DNA of 64,000 nucleotides from Negaprion brevirostris (lineage: Eukaryota): the NCBI GenBank assembly GCA_030324005.1, contig JARDVH010000163.1, forward strand, positions 39,928,364 through 39,992,363. The letters run 5' to 3'. The number at the start of each line of letters is the position of its first letter. Positions within the stretch are counted from its first letter, which is position 1. The position numbers and the translations under genes are program-made. Under the pieces are notes generated by a model. The model searched no databases. It was not told where the DNA came from and was given only the letters and a program-made list of their open reading frames with translations. Shown here in pieces: positions 41,201 to 56,200 of this stretch.

Positions 41201-44200
41201 CCTCTGTTTCAAACATTGATGTGGTAACACCAATTTGAGAAAGAACAGATTGCAGTGACCTCTTTCTCCTGACCTCCTTTGATCAGTCAGGCAATAATCT
41301 TGGAGTCAGTCATTTTGGCAAGTGTAACAGACGGCATTCCTGCAGTCAGCAATTCCAGAACCCTCCCTATCCACACCTGTTCATTTTAAGATGTTTTGGT
41401 TAAATTAACTAGAAAGCAAACTCCTAATTGAAATAACATTCACCATTCTCAAATTACTGAAAACATCTCAACAGTTCATTCCTTTTTTAAGTATTCACAT
41501 AATATTCAAATATTGGTAATTGTCACAGGAAACNNNNNNNNNNNNNNNNNNNNNNNNNNNNNNNNNNNNNNNNNNNNNNNNNNNNNNNNNNNNNNNNNNN
41601 NNNNNNNNNNNNNNNNNNNNNNNNNNNNNNNNNTTCCCTTCCCTTTGTCAAATGTTTCACCAATTCAGATGGCAGGATACAATGAGAGCTCGAATTAGTT
41701 CTTCATTCCAGATACAATCAAAGACCATTTAAAAGTATGCTGTGGAGCAAATTTTCTGCAACATCCAACATGTCGGCTCTTCAGAAAATTAATTAAAGAA
41801 AAAAAACTATTGCTACACAATTTTCATAATTCCTTCAAATTAACCACCTCTTCACTTCAATTTTGTTTGGGATTTCTAATGTCATGTTTTCACAATCGAA
41901 TGACAAGGACCTTGAGTTAACAAACACGCCTTCTGATTGCCAGAGCAGGTTTACTTTGCATTGTGTTTTTGTGTTCATCATAACCAACTCCTTCCTCAAT
42001 TCCTCCCAAGTTTGGATGGAGTACAGAACACAATATTTGATACAAACAAAAGCCGTTTATATGAACACACAGAAAACAGGTTATCCACCTGGTTTCAGAA
42101 CCGGTCACATCATGCTGCAGGGCAGTTACAAGGTGGATTCTAAACAGACAGAAAATTTCAGATGTGCATACATTTTTTTTGAACTTGTTTTCAATTCTTT
42201 TAACCTCACCTTGTGCCACATTCAGCAGATTCCTGTGAGAAACTATAAATTCCATACACATTTGTGACTTGTATCAACTTATTGATGCATTCTCATTCTG
42301 CAGTGAGTGGTATTAAGGAAAAATAGTACATCATGATAATAGTCTGAGATTTTTTTTGCAAAACCGTGAATCTTTGAAACTCACTTCCATGTTGTTAAAA
42401 TTGTGGTCATTAATATTTCTTTCTTTTTATATGTCAGGGGAATATGTTTTATCCTTTGCAGCCTGCATAGGAAATGAGCAAATAGTTAAAATGATTGTGG
42501 CACATGGGGCACCTTTAAATGCACAAGATAAACAAGGTAGGAGCGTTACTTATGTTTGTCATTTTATTTACTACTTGTTCAAGCTATTTACGTCTGCAAT
42601 GCCATTCGTTATTTCTGCAAATTTCAAAAGAACACCTTTGCTTAAATGCAATCACAACTTTTCAAATATACCAAATTTTAAAGAGAAAAAGTAGCTTTGT
42701 AATGTCAGTTTACAGCAGTCATCTCTCTGAACAGAGAAAATAGATATTAGTGTTTATTTGTGAAAATAAACCAAAAATGTATTTATTTAATGCTTGCTTC
42801 CCAACCTACCCTGATCCTTCAGTCCCCAGATCTGCTGAGTCCAGATTCATTGATTGTGGTTGTTCCACAGTTTTTCAAATATCTGTTTGCCACTTTGCCG
42901 TGTTCCAGGTCCAATGTTTCATTGCTTATTCTCCATCCCCACGTTACTCTGTATTCCCTTTCTATGGTTCACATACTACGTTAAGGTGACTGATCTTGGG
43001 AAGAGCTTGAGAACAAAGAGTTAAGGAGACTAGAAGTACATTTCTAACTAGAGAGGTTGGAGCAGTGCATTAGTGGCACTTTAATCAATCGTGTTCATTT
43101 TACAACTCAATATTGTTCCAAAATGAACATTCTTGATAAAAGACAAACAGAAAGCATCAACAAATAGTACTACTTAGCAATTAGTCATATCAATTTAATT
43201 ACCAAGTTAGCTATGCAATAAAGTGGAATTACTTCAGTTATTTAAGAACATCGGAGCTGGAGTTGGCCATTTGGCCCTTTGAGCTTGCTGCACCATTCAA
43301 CAAGATCTTGGCTGTTCTTCGAACTCAACTTTACCTTCCCACACTGTCCCTAAATCTAACCCCTTACTACCCAAAAATCTACAAAATTTTTCTTGAATAC
43401 ACTCAATGACTGAACATCTACAGCACATTGTGAAAGAGAATTGAAATAATTCCCAATCCTTTGAGTAAAGAAATGTTTCCTGATTTGAGTCCTAAATGAC
43501 CAGTTCTTTTTGCTGAGTCTATGACACTGTTCTAGATTCCCCAGACAAGGGANNNNNNNNNNNNNNNNNNNNNNNNNNNNNNNNNNNNNNNNNNNNNNNN
43601 NNNNNNNNNNNNNNNNNNNNNNNNNNNNNNNNNNNNNNNNNNNNNNNNNNNNNNNNNNNNNNNNNNNNNNNNNNNNNNNNNNNNNNNNNNNNNNNNNNNN
43701 NNNNNNNNNNNNNNNNNNNNNNNNNNNNNNNNNNNNNNNNNNNNNNNNNNNNNNNNNNNNNNNNNNNNNNNNNNNNNNNNNNNNNNNNNNNNNNNNNNNN
43801 NNNNNNTTCCCCCCCCCCCCCCCCACCATATCCCTTGATACCTTTAGCCCCAAGAGCATATTACATTTATCTATTGAATGACAAAAGAGATAGGAAAAGA
43901 AAGTAAAGCAGAAAAAGGGGATAAATGACAAAAGTCAGGTTGATAATACATGTAAGAATCAGGTGGATAATGAAAGGCTCAGAGGGGTAGTGAGAATGGA
44001 ACTATGAGAGTCAGAGATTATGAGAAGAGACAAGCAATTGACATTAAAGGGAATTCAAAGTTTTTTCCATAGGTATATGGACAGTAAAAACATAGTAAGG
44101 AGAGGTGCAGAGCTAATTAGAATTGACAAATCAAATCCACAGATGGAGACAGAGGGCATTGTTGAGGTATTAAATGAATATTTTTCATGTGTCTTTACCA

Positions 44201-47200
44201 AGGAAGAAGATGCTGCCAGAGTTGTCATGAGAGAGGACGTAGTTACGATACTAAGTGGGCTAAAAATTGATAAAGGGAAGATATTAGAAAGGTGTACTTG
44301 AAGTTAATAAGTCACTAGGATTCGTTCCGATTTATCCTTGAATACTGAGGGAGGAAAGCGACGAAATTGCTGAGACGCTGGTCATAATCTTCCAAACCTC
44401 CTTTGATGCGCGGGTCATGCCAAAGAATTCCTGTGTTCTTTTCAGAAACGGACACACATGTAAATTGCAGGCCATCCATGTATTCTGGGGAAAAATGATC
44501 AGTCAGTCACTTGGATAGATGTGGATTTACTAAGGATAGCCAGCATGGCTTTGCTAAGGGCAATTTGTGATATACTAAATAGATTGAGTCTTTTGATGAA
44601 GCAATTGAAAAGGTTAATGGGAATAATGTGGTGCACAGTGACTTCCAAAACAATTTTGATAAAATGCTACATAATAGCCCTGTTAGTAAATTTAGCTCCC
44701 ATGGATATGAAGCTGGCTGAAGGACATGAAACAGAATAGTGAAGAATAATTGTTTTTTAGGCTGGATGAGGTTCTGGTGGAGTTGCCCAGTAGTCAATAT
44801 GAGGGTCACTACTTTTTGTGATATAAATGACCTTGACATAGGTGTATGGGACACAACTCCANNNNNNNNNNNNNNNNNNNNNNNNNNNNNNNNNNNNNNN
44901 NNNNNNNNNNNNNNNNNNNNNNNNNNNNNNNNNNNNNNNNNNNNNNNNNNNNNNNNNNNNNNNNNNNNNNNNNNNNNNNNNNNNNNNNNNNNNNNNNNNN
45001 NNNNNNNNNNNNNNNNNNNNNNNNNNNNNNNNNNNNNNNNNNNNNNNNNNNNNNNNNNNNNNNNNNNNNNNTATTCCAAAGATAGTTGATGAACAGAGAG
45101 ATCTGGAGATCAATATTCACAAATCATTGAAGGTGGCAGGGCAGGTTGAGAATGTGATTCAAAGGTAGGTGGGACCCGAGGTTTTATACATAGGGAAATA
45201 GAATGTAAATGTAAGGAAGTTACAACAAACCTTTGTAAAAAATTTGGTTTTATCTTCAACTGGGATATCGCAACCATCCCTGGTCATCAGACTTTAGGAA
45301 AAATATGGAGGCTTTAGAAAGGGTGCAGAGATATTTTCTGAGAATGGTTCCCGGGATGTGGGACTTCACGTGCACAGATAGATTGGAGAAGTTGAATTGT
45401 TCTCCTTAGAGAAGATAAGGTTGAGAGGAGATTTTATAGAGATGTTCAAAATCACGAGGGTTCTACACAAATAGGTAGGAAGAAACAGTTTCTATCAGTA
45501 ATCAGTCTGAGAACCAAAGGAAATTGATTTAAGTTGATTAGCAAAGAAGGTGGTTTGATGAAAAATTTCTTCACGTAGCTGGTGGTTAGAGTGCGGAGTG
45601 CGCTGGATGGGAGTACGGTGGAGGCTAATTGAATCATGGTTTTCAGAAGGGCATTGTATAAACTGATGAGGAAAAATTGCAAGACAACAGGGGGAAATGG
45701 TGGGGTGGGGCGGGTGGGGAAGGGGTGCAGTTGGGGGTCATGGTCCAGGTAATTTGCTCTTGCAGAGAGATGAGATGGACATGACAAGTCAAGTGTCTCC
45801 ATCTATGCTAGAACCATTTCTATGATGATGATTTTATGGTAGTCATAAAGCAATCATTTTGATTTGAATCTGCTCTGCTGTGACAATGTGATACACTGGT
45901 GCCACTGATAGTGTGGGAAAGTTCTGCAATCACTGTATTTACTATGAGAAAGATAATTTTACATCAAATGCCTGAGTAATTGTGTAATGTGTAAACTTCT
46001 GAGTGGACCAGATTTTCAGGTTTTTACCTGTACTACTTTTATTCATTCTTTATAATCTCCAGTTCTTGTTTCAAGGTAATCCTGAGCCCAGAACTGGAGT
46101 ACTATCTGCAGTCTTGCTCCCCTTACCAAAGGAAGGATGTACTTGCCTAGGAGAGAATGCAACAAAGATTCACTAGACTGGTTCCTGGCATTTGAAAATT
46201 GTTCAATGAGGAAAGACATTTTATTATTCATTTGTGGGATTTGGGCCAGCATTTATTGCCCATCCCTAATTGCTTTTAGAAGGTAGTGGTGAGCTGCATT
46301 ATTGAACCGCTGCAGCCCATTATGATGTAGGCACACCCAAAGTGCTGTTAGGGAGGGAGGTCTAGGATATTGACCCAGCGACAGTGAAGGAACAGCAATG
46401 GTAGTTCCAAGTCAAGACAGTGAGTGGCTTGGAGGGAAACTTCCAGTTAGTGTCCTATGTGCATGTTGCTTTTGTCCTGCTTGATGGGTTTGGAAGGTAC
46501 TGTCGAAGGAGTTTTGGTGAACTCTTGCAGTGTATCCTGTAAATGGTACACACTGCTGCTACTGTTCTTTGGTAGTGGAGGGAATGAATGTTTGTGGATA
46601 GGGTGCCAAACAAGAGGGCTGCTTTGTCCTGGATGGTTTCAAGTTTCCTAAGTGTTGTTGGAGTGACACCCATTCAAGCAAATGGAAAGTATTTGATCAC
46701 ATTTTCAATGTGTGCCTTGTAGATGGGAAGTCAGGCAGTAAGTTACTCGTTGTAGGATTCCTACCCTTTTACATGCTCTTGTAGCCACAGTGTTTATATT
46801 CCAGTTAAATTTCTGGTCAATGGTAACCCCCCTAGTTGATAGAGCAGACTAGATTTATATTCCCTTGCATTTAGAAGGATTATTGGGATATAATTTAAAT
46901 ATGTAAAACTATTGAGGGGCTTGACAGAGTGGATGCTGACAGAATGTTTTTCCCTTTCATTTAATACCTCAGTTGTGCCCCCTTTCTCCATGAGTAAATC
47001 CCCTTTTCTGTCTCTAATTGCCCAACTCTTCCCTTTTACCTTCCTTAACCTTTGCATTCCCTTTTATGTTAGCTGTTGGCCTTATCTCATATTCTCTCTT
47101 GGCTTCTTTTATTTGTTTTCTCAAATGCCTCCCCGAACCTTCTATTTTCAGCCTTATTCCCAGTTGCACTATTTACCTGACATCTACCATAAGCACACAT

Positions 47201-50200
47201 TTTCAAATTCATTTTAATCTCTATCTCTTCACATCATTGGAATTCTAGATTTGTTTGTCCTAACTTCCCCCTTGGTGGAAATATATCTTGAATATGCCCA
47301 AGTAATCTCTTCAGATAAAGACAACCCAGTCCATTCCTTCCTTCCAAATGTATTTATCAAACTTCCCGTAATTACTGTCCTTTCAGTCTTCCTTGTGTCC
47401 CTGTACGGCTGAGCCAGCCATGGTACCATGGACTCAACACTGATTGGAAAGTCCAATGTATGAAGGGTGCTACTGTTTGTTTCTTTTTGACTGCCCACTC
47501 TTTTTCTCCCTGCATACTTTAAGTTGAGGGTGATCACATCATAAATGTTTCCACAAAACTCTTAACCTCATGGATGTATCAGAGTAGCAGCAGCAACTAC
47601 AAACTCCAAAACCCAGAGCTCGAGCTACTGTAGCTTGTGATATTTCTGGAACATTTGTCTTTTGACGTATGGGAAGAATCCTGACATTCCCACATAATGC
47701 AGGAGGTGCACTCAAATGGCTGGAGCTACGCTGCTAATCTTCCACATATTAGAGAGTAAAACCCATGACTTAAAAATGAAAGTCAAACTAGCTATCAGTA
47801 GAGTATCTCAAATATCGCTACTCGAAAACAGGCAGTATACAGAAACCATATATTTTTATAAGGTTCCGTGCATCAAATTTAATTGAGTAAGCTTCTTTTT
47901 AAAATTTGCCAGAAAATTTCGACTAGGCATTGTGTTGATGCAATTTTGGCCTGGACTAGCTTCATCGTTCCCTAGGCACTGTATCTGAGACTCCAAGCAA
48001 CCATTGATTCACCTGTTGTGGCTTAACCTGAACTGTCCATGGCTCCAACAGCCTGACCTAAAATCTGGTAATATTTGAAATCTGGCATGGCCTCTGTCCT
48101 GATGATCCTGGATTTGAGTACTGTCCCAGTACTCACTTCCCTTCTGCTGATGTCACTCAAAAATAGCAAAGTCAGCTGAAATGTGTTTCTTGTGCCTTAT
48201 TAGCCGAAAAATAAATGAAAGCTTAGGTATCCCAGCTCCATAGTCAAGCTCCCTAACTTTGTAGAGGGGGACACACTCACCAGCCAATCAACTCGTGGCC
48301 TTCCTATCATGTCAGCTTGTTTTATTTCTCTGACCTTTTCAAACTCAACTGCGCCTGGGTTTCCTTCTGTAGGTGTTATCTCAAAATGTTCTCTATTCTC
48401 TCTCTTTCCCTCTCTCTGTGAACTTTGGAATTCTCCATCCTCTTGGCATCATATGAATGTTTCCTATCTGCCCATCGGGATCAGATTTCACACAACTGTG
48501 CTGACCTCGGGCAGGATTCTCTGTTTTTGAGGCTGGAAAATTCCGCCCAATATGCATTTGAAATGAGAAATTGAAGTTTAATCTTATTTGCCCATTGAGG
48601 TGAAGATGACCACATCCATCATCTGATGTGTTTGATAGGTAGTTGACCGCTAAGTCCGATTTCTGCCCAGAAAGATCTGCTATGAATGGGACAGGGTACC
48701 ACAGATAATTTGAGTTTTGGATGAGATGTTGGCTCAGGATTTCTTCTCCTGGGAGGAAATGTTCCCACCCTGCCCGCCATGGGAATTGTAGAAGGCAGGA
48801 GGCAGACAATGCAAAGGTCCGTTGGCCTCGGGTGGGATTTTGTGGTTTTGGGGTAAGCACAGCCAAAAAATCCCACCCCTACCAGCTCGCCCTGACCTGG
48901 AATTGGCGCAGGTGAGGGTCTGACATCAGAAATCTCTGTTGACTTTGGGCTGGAATTTCCAGTCTCGCCTGAGTGAGGCTGTAAAATTCCGCCCGTGTGT
49001 TTTCTCTCTGCCTCTGAAAGGTGCTTGTTTTTGAAGCAGGCTGCACTCTATTATTTGTGCCAGGTGCAGAAATGCTGGGGTCTTTCTCCCATTTGATATT
49101 GAAAATCCTAATAGAGGCCTCGTAGAGCAATGGTGACCAATCTTTCCTTGTGAAGGGCTATATTTCAAATCTTTTCTCACTCACGGGGCTAATGAGCAAA
49201 TTTCAGAAACACACCACGTTATAAATTTATCTCACTATTAATCAAAGCAACAGAAAATGTGCATTTTTATGAGCAAGCTTCAAATAAGAAGACAAATTTA
49301 ATAGCTAATTTTCTCAGCACGATATTGAATATTGATTTAGTAAGGTATCTGGCGTTCATTTTGCTTGCAAAAGTAACCAATGTCAGCATACATGCTTAAT
49401 AAAATGGTGCGGAATGTTCCGGATAGATGTCCACTTGTCAGCAGTGACCTTGATTTTGTTTGGCCATTTTGCTCTCTTTAAAAAAAGTTGTCCATAGCAA
49501 TGTTTGCTACCAAACAGTGCAGTGGATCAAAGGGCATGATTTGGAATTTCCACAATTAAAAGAACTGAAAGAAATGTCCACAGATTGTCTCCTCTGGGTT
49601 AGAGTAAGATTTTCCCTCTTACTGGGAAATAAAATTCTCAGATTCTAGTTTTAGATGAAGATTGTACAGAATGATGCCCAAGCTGGGACCTGAGACCGGC
49701 ACGAACACTGGGATTAAATTCTACTTGCAATCTCCCCGCAAAGTAATACAGAGAACCCCAGCCTGTAGCACGGGAAACAATTTACCCCTGTGTTCTCGTT
49801 TTAAAAAAGGTGTTGACTGCATCTACGTTCTGATATTTTTTAATTTAGTGACATTCTTGCTCATTCTGTGGCTGCACACCCTGCTGTCTTAAAACTTCAG
49901 AAACCATGTATCTTCTCATAAGTGATATTTGTCTTCAGACTCTCCCCAACACTACACTTGAAAGATTAACGCCACCCCCTCCCCATGCCATACCCCAGGG
50001 TCTTGCTCCCACCTGTGCCCTGCCTCACCAGTGCTGTGTAAGATCCTAAACGGTAGGAGAGGGACTGCAGGCTGATGCCTGAATGCAAACATGATAAAGG
50101 CAGCTCCTGAATCTTGGAGAACTGCACATGGTCTTTGTCCATATTTTTTTCAGTAACACAAAGGTGGAAAAGTCTGCTAGTAATGGAGGAATGTCTCAGC

Positions 50201-53200
50201 CACATTTCAAGCTGTACTGCCTCTGATCCGCGTCCCTCACCCTTGTCTCTCAAAGGTTGGCAGGCCAGATACTGGCCCACGGGCCGTATGTTGGACAACT
50301 TTGTTGCAGCACTTCCTTTGACTGCCATTTGAGCGCACCCCAGACTCGAGCTCTCCATAGAAGATTTGCTTTGGTAAGTGAGTGTCAGGCATTGTAGCTG
50401 CACGACCAGCCCAACTCACTTGTTACTGTCTCAATATGATGTGGATGCTAGGCATCCCAGCTTGGGTGAGCACCTCACTCTTGCCATCTGAGCTTCAGTA
50501 GCTTTCGAAGGCAGCTCATGTGAGAGTGGTGGAGTTTCTTGGTATGATGCTGGTACACAAAGTTTGCTGCAAAAGGAACTTGATCCTTCCAGTGAACCTC
50601 ACTAGGTTATGTTCTGTATAGCATGGGTCCTTAATGTATACCATCTATTCCTGTAAAAATGGTTTTGATGATATACATTGGCATTCTCGATAACTATTTT
50701 ATAGCCGCCTATCTAAACATCTTTACCACTGTTTTACAGGTAACACTGTTTTCCACATGCTTGTGCTGCACCCGAACAAGAGCATGGCCTGCAGAATGTA
50801 CAATTTTATTTCGTCACTTATATCCAAGGAAAAGATAGAGTACCTTGAAAATATCACCAACAAAGATGGACTCACTCCCCTGAAGCTGTCAGCGTTTGAA
50901 GGGGATGTAGCAGTAAGATGACACAACTCTATTCAATTCCAGATAGTGATAGTTTTTAACAGAATGCTGATATTTAGTGTCATTACAGATGGCATAAAAA
51001 TTAAACTTTGTTATGGATTTCAAATAGGAAAAATAATGAAATTTAGTCCAAATGATACTGGTTAGGTAACATGGAATAACCCAAATACTATTCTAACATA
51101 TCTATCATGTATTGTACAATATTACCCACATTTGTGTAACCGGCTTGAAATATTTCCACTGTGTAGAGTTTAAGAAAACTCAGTGTCAACTTCTCTTGCT
51201 TAGTAAATATACTTTTCTTAACTTTACACTTGGAGCAAAGCAGGGTCCAGCCAGTCTCCAAATTTTGATTTGTGCAGCATTCTACAAGTTGCTGCTTAGT
51301 TTTATTTGGTGAGATGCAAATTCCATGTAATATTTGTTAGCTCAGTATCATATGGATTCTAGTGAAACTCTGTATTTAAGAGGCAATAATCTCCATCAGC
51401 TTCCTCTTACACTTGAGAAAGGCAGGAACATTTATCCCATATTTAGCAATATTGCTAAAGTGAATGTGTCTTTCTGAGGTAGCAAGGTCTAGTTTCTCTG
51501 TAGTAAAAAGAATGTAGAAACAGGAGCAGTCGTTCAACCTCTCGAGCCTGTTCTACCATTCAATCAGATCATGTTTGATCTGTACCCCAGTCCATTTATC
51601 CACCTTTGTTCCATTCCCTTGATACCATTAGCTAACAAAAACAAATCCATCAGTCTAAATCTTGAAAATTTCCACAGCATTTTGGAGGAGCAAGTTCCAG
51701 ATTTCCACTAGCCTTTGTGCGAAAACATGCCTCCTCATTTCACTCCTGAATGGACTAGCTCCATGTTTAAGATTGAGTCCCCTTGTTCTGGATTTCGACG
51801 CAGCCCACCTGATTGCTGTCTGAAAATTGAGCCAGAGTTACTGTCAGCAAGGTAGGTTACAGGTTGGATAAGATTGCGATAGCGGACAGAGGGGTTCCAG
51901 GGTGGTAGTGGGCCAGGTATTGTTTGTCAGCCCCCGGAGAGGCATTCCTGTTCTGCAGGAACTGACCAAAATATTTCCAAACTTAACTTTAGCTGGCTTC
52001 TTCTCTTCCATCACCATGGAGCCATGAACTTTGCAGCTGTGATTGGTCCCCAGAGAGTAAATCCTGAATTCCAGATGTGTTGACATTTGGATATTGCAAT
52101 TGGTAAGACAGTCCCTCCAAAACCTGGTGCAGATCAAGAAGTCTGCATCATTCAACAAGAGAGGAATATGGATACACAATAGATCATTGACTTCCACTGA
52201 AGTATTTCTTCCTTGTTGAATTCCTCTGGACTTGATTTCTTGCTGATAACTTTTAATTCCAAATCAAGGCAGTCAGTGCTGGTTTGTGTGTAGATGATGT
52301 TACAAAGCAGCTGTTTGTTACTTGACCGTGTCGTAAGTAAATAGGACTGATTACACCAGTTGCTCTGGTCTCAGTGAACACCAGCAAAGGCTCTCAAACC
52401 CGCCCTAAACCTCTGGCTGAGTACTCTGTCTGCCACCATACCTGTTGCCAGGTATTTCTGCATCTGTGTAGGTTGTCATTTGTCAGCCAGGCTGCACTGT
52501 ACTGAGAAACCCCACTTTGTATGCCACACTACCAGAAGAGTGTGGAGACTTTGCAGAGGTTACAGAAAAGGTTTACCAGGATGTTGCCTGGTTTGGCAGG
52601 TATTAACTATGAGGAGAGATGGGACAAATTTGGTTTGTTTTCACTTGAACATCAGAGGCTGAGCACGACCTGATAGAAGTTTACAAAATTATGAGAGGCA
52701 TGGATAGAATGGATAGTCAAATTCTGCTTCCCAGGGTAGAAATATCGATTACTAGGTTTAAGATAAAAGAGGGAATGTTTAAAGGAGATGAGAGGCAAGT
52801 TTTTTACACAGATGGTGATAAGTGCCTGGAGTGTCAGAGGAGGTGGCAAAAGCAGATACAATAGCAATGTTTAAGAGGTATCTTGACAGATGCATGAATT
52901 GGCAGGAGGTAGATGGATATGCATTGCATATAGGCAAAAAGTCTTTAGTTTAGAAAGGCATCATGTGTTGGCGCAAGCTTGGTGGGCCGAAGGGCCTGTT
53001 CCTGTGCTGCACTGTTCTTTGTTCAGTCACTCCCTGTAATATTTAATACATTATGTATGCATTAGAGCTGTAACCAGATGGCAGAAGGTGAAAGATTTAC
53101 ACTGAACATTTCTGCGAGTTTAGAACACTGGGAGTGTGAGCCCAATATCAAATCCGTTCAATACGTGGAAAATCCATGGGCAGGATTTTCAGCTGCACTT

Positions 53201-56200
53201 TCCGTAAGACCAGAAAACCCACCCAAGGTCAATGGCCCTTTGCATTGTCTGTGTCCTGCCTGCTTTGATTCAATACCCCATTAGTTCTTATTTATTACTC
53301 CCTCTTGTTATGAAGCCTGAGCCAAACAGCAGCAAGAAATTTGCATACGCGCAGGAATGATGCTGAGTTATGACAATGGGCACTGGAACCTGGTGGATGC
53401 AATCTATACTGCGGGATCTCCAGTGGCATTGCTCAATTAATTAGATTGATATTTTCTTCTATGAAGCCAGAAATGTTACTTTGTTTTTACTTCTTTGTGC
53501 AACATGGGCATCACTGGCTGGGCTAGCATTTATTGCCCATCTATAGTTACCCAAGGGCAGGTAAGAGTCAACCACATTGCTGTGGCTCAGGAGTCACATG
53601 TAGGCCAGTCCAGGTAAGGATGGCAGATTTCTTTCCCTAAAATACATCAGTGAAGCAAATGGGTTTTTCTAACAATAGGCAATTGTTTTATGGTCATCAG
53701 TAGATTCTTAATTCCAGACTTTTTTTGTATTGAATTCAAATTTCACCATCTGTCGTGGCAGGATTCGAACTAGGGTCCCCAAAACATCAACTGAGTTTCC
53801 AACATTAGTTGGACTAGCGATAATACCATTAGGCCATTGCCTCCCCATAACAATGGGTTTTGCACAATGGCAGCAAAAATCCTTGGGCTTACTCCATAGG
53901 TGTAAATGCTGATTTGCACCCACCAATTTCCTCAAGACCACCAGGGAACGTCATCTTTTTAAAACCCAATAATGAGAAGTTACGAGCACATTTTGGGCAA
54001 TGACTGGAACAGACGGAGCCAGAAAATGTGATCCTGTCTGGTAGTTATAGGCATCACTGCCCCATGTTTAAAATGCAAGTTTTCCCTCAGTACACCCCTC
54101 CCCACCACCACCAGAGGACTGAGTTACAGGAATTGTAGCCAGGTTTGTTGTTCACAAGTCCATATGAGGATCACTGCCTGGATCCCAAATGGCACTTATG
54201 CCCTTCAATATCAATAAACCTGGTGGATCTTGGGTGTAAGCTAGTCTCAGCAGGCTAGGAAGGAGAAAGATCCTAGTGTAAATAATCCCTCCCTGACTTA
54301 TCCAGGCCATGTTTGCAATGGACAATGATTTGGTCCCAAAATGACTCCATAAGAAATTGGTAAATGTAGGTCCAGGTTGATCTTCAGTCCCTTCTGCTAA
54401 ATTCCCAGCATATGTGCACACTGGTTAGCACTGTTGCCTCTCAGCGCCAGGGACCAGGTTCAATTCAACCTGGGATGACTGTCTGTGCAGAGTTTGCACA
54501 TTCTCCACTTGTCTCCATGGTTTCCTCTGGGTACTCTGGTTTCCTCCCACACTCCAAAGATGTGTGGGTTAGGTGGGTTGGCCATGCTCAATTGTCCCTT
54601 AGTCAGGGGGATTAGCAAGGTAAATACGTGGTGTTACAGGGATAGGGCCTGGGTGGGATTGTTGTCAGTGCAGGCTTGATGGGCCAAATGGCCTCTTTCT
54701 GCACAATAGGGATTCTGTGATGCCACGAGGCATGCAGATTTTCAGACTGAATATATTATTCTAATGCTCAGAAGGCGATCTCTCTTTAAGGTTTTAGAGC
54801 CTTGAATTAATTTATCTTTAGTTGTTTGGTGGAACCGTGCGCAACAAAAATAGATTAATTATTTTTCAACCTTGCTTGCACAACCCAAGACAACATGTCT
54901 GGATTGCTTTTTTAAGTGTGATTGCTTTTTAAAGAGTTATTTCTTGATTCCTAGGCTGCAAACATTATAATTCCTTCATTAATAAAATATTTGTTACTTA
55001 TGAAGAATTTGCGAGTACATTGTAAATTATTGGATTTCTCTCTTCAAAGATTATTGGAACAAATTTGTATGTGAGCCAGTTTGTTGAATAAAATGTATTT
55101 GTCTCCAAGTTGGCTAAGACAGATGTTGGGAACAGGAAATCCTGTGTGATAGAAATTGCATGTACATGTATTGATTTCTAGACTACAAGGTTTTGATTTC
55201 TCGACGAGGACTAAATTCTATGGAAGAGAAATTGAACATTATTGCAATAGTTTGTTTTTGTTATAGATTGTTTACTATAGGGGTGGGGAGAATAAATCTG
55301 CACCACGTTCCCCTTCACTTGATCTTCATTGGAATGGTACCACCTATTAGGTTGGTGACTTCGAGTAGTGCAGATATCCCATCTAAGATGGCTATTAGAT
55401 GGCCTTATATGCAAATCAACGTTCCAATGTCAATTGTAGGACACCAAACATAATTAGTCAGCAAATCGGCAGAACCTGTGCTACACAAACTCCATGCAGC
55501 TATTCTAAACCTTTACCTTTAGGTTATATGGAAATATCACGGGCTGTTGTCAGCCTGTGTTCACCTCCTTTGCTTGACCTCCCTGCCTCAGAATTTGTCT
55601 ACAGCCATCTCAGCATCAGAATCGATAAAATTCTCCTATGGTTCCAGCTGCCTAACTATAGTGGATTAGAGGCTAGCCCACACAACCCATGGTGGCACAA
55701 TGGTTAGCACTGCTGCCTCACAGCACCGGAGAACTGGATTCAGTTCCCAGCTTGGGTCACTGTCTGTGCAGAGTCTGCACATTCTCCCTCTGTCTGTGTG
55801 GGTTTCCTCCCACAATCCAAAAGACATGCATTGAGGAATGTAGCTTTGGCCATGCTAAATTCTCCCTCAGTGGACCTGAACAGGTGCCTGAGTGTGGCGA
55901 CTAGAGGATTTTCTCAGTAACCTCATTGCAGTGTTAATGTAAGCCTACTTGTGACACTAATACTTAACCTATTTTATAATGCAATCCAATGTGATTGAAT
56001 TCCTCCATCACAGGTTCTAAACTTGTTTTCGGCTGCTGAATTATGTCTTTGGAAGACGGGAAGTATAACTTCTATTCAGAGTTATTCATTTCAATGTCAC
56101 AGATTCTCTTCAGCACGTCAAGCAATATATGTGGAAAAAGAGTTAACATTTCAGGTTGATGACTCTCCATCAGAAGTCCTTTTGAAAAGCTATTGACCTG

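Noticed and set aside
49440-49456. TGACCTTGA nuclear-receptor half-site as a possible vitamin D or ERR element
   Set aside because: Single half-site with no DR3 partner; expected by chance in 64 kb.
55193-55453. 86-aa ORF with acceptor-like and donor-like sites in intron 6
   Set aside because: No recognisable homology, and the flanking TRPV exons join in frame without it.
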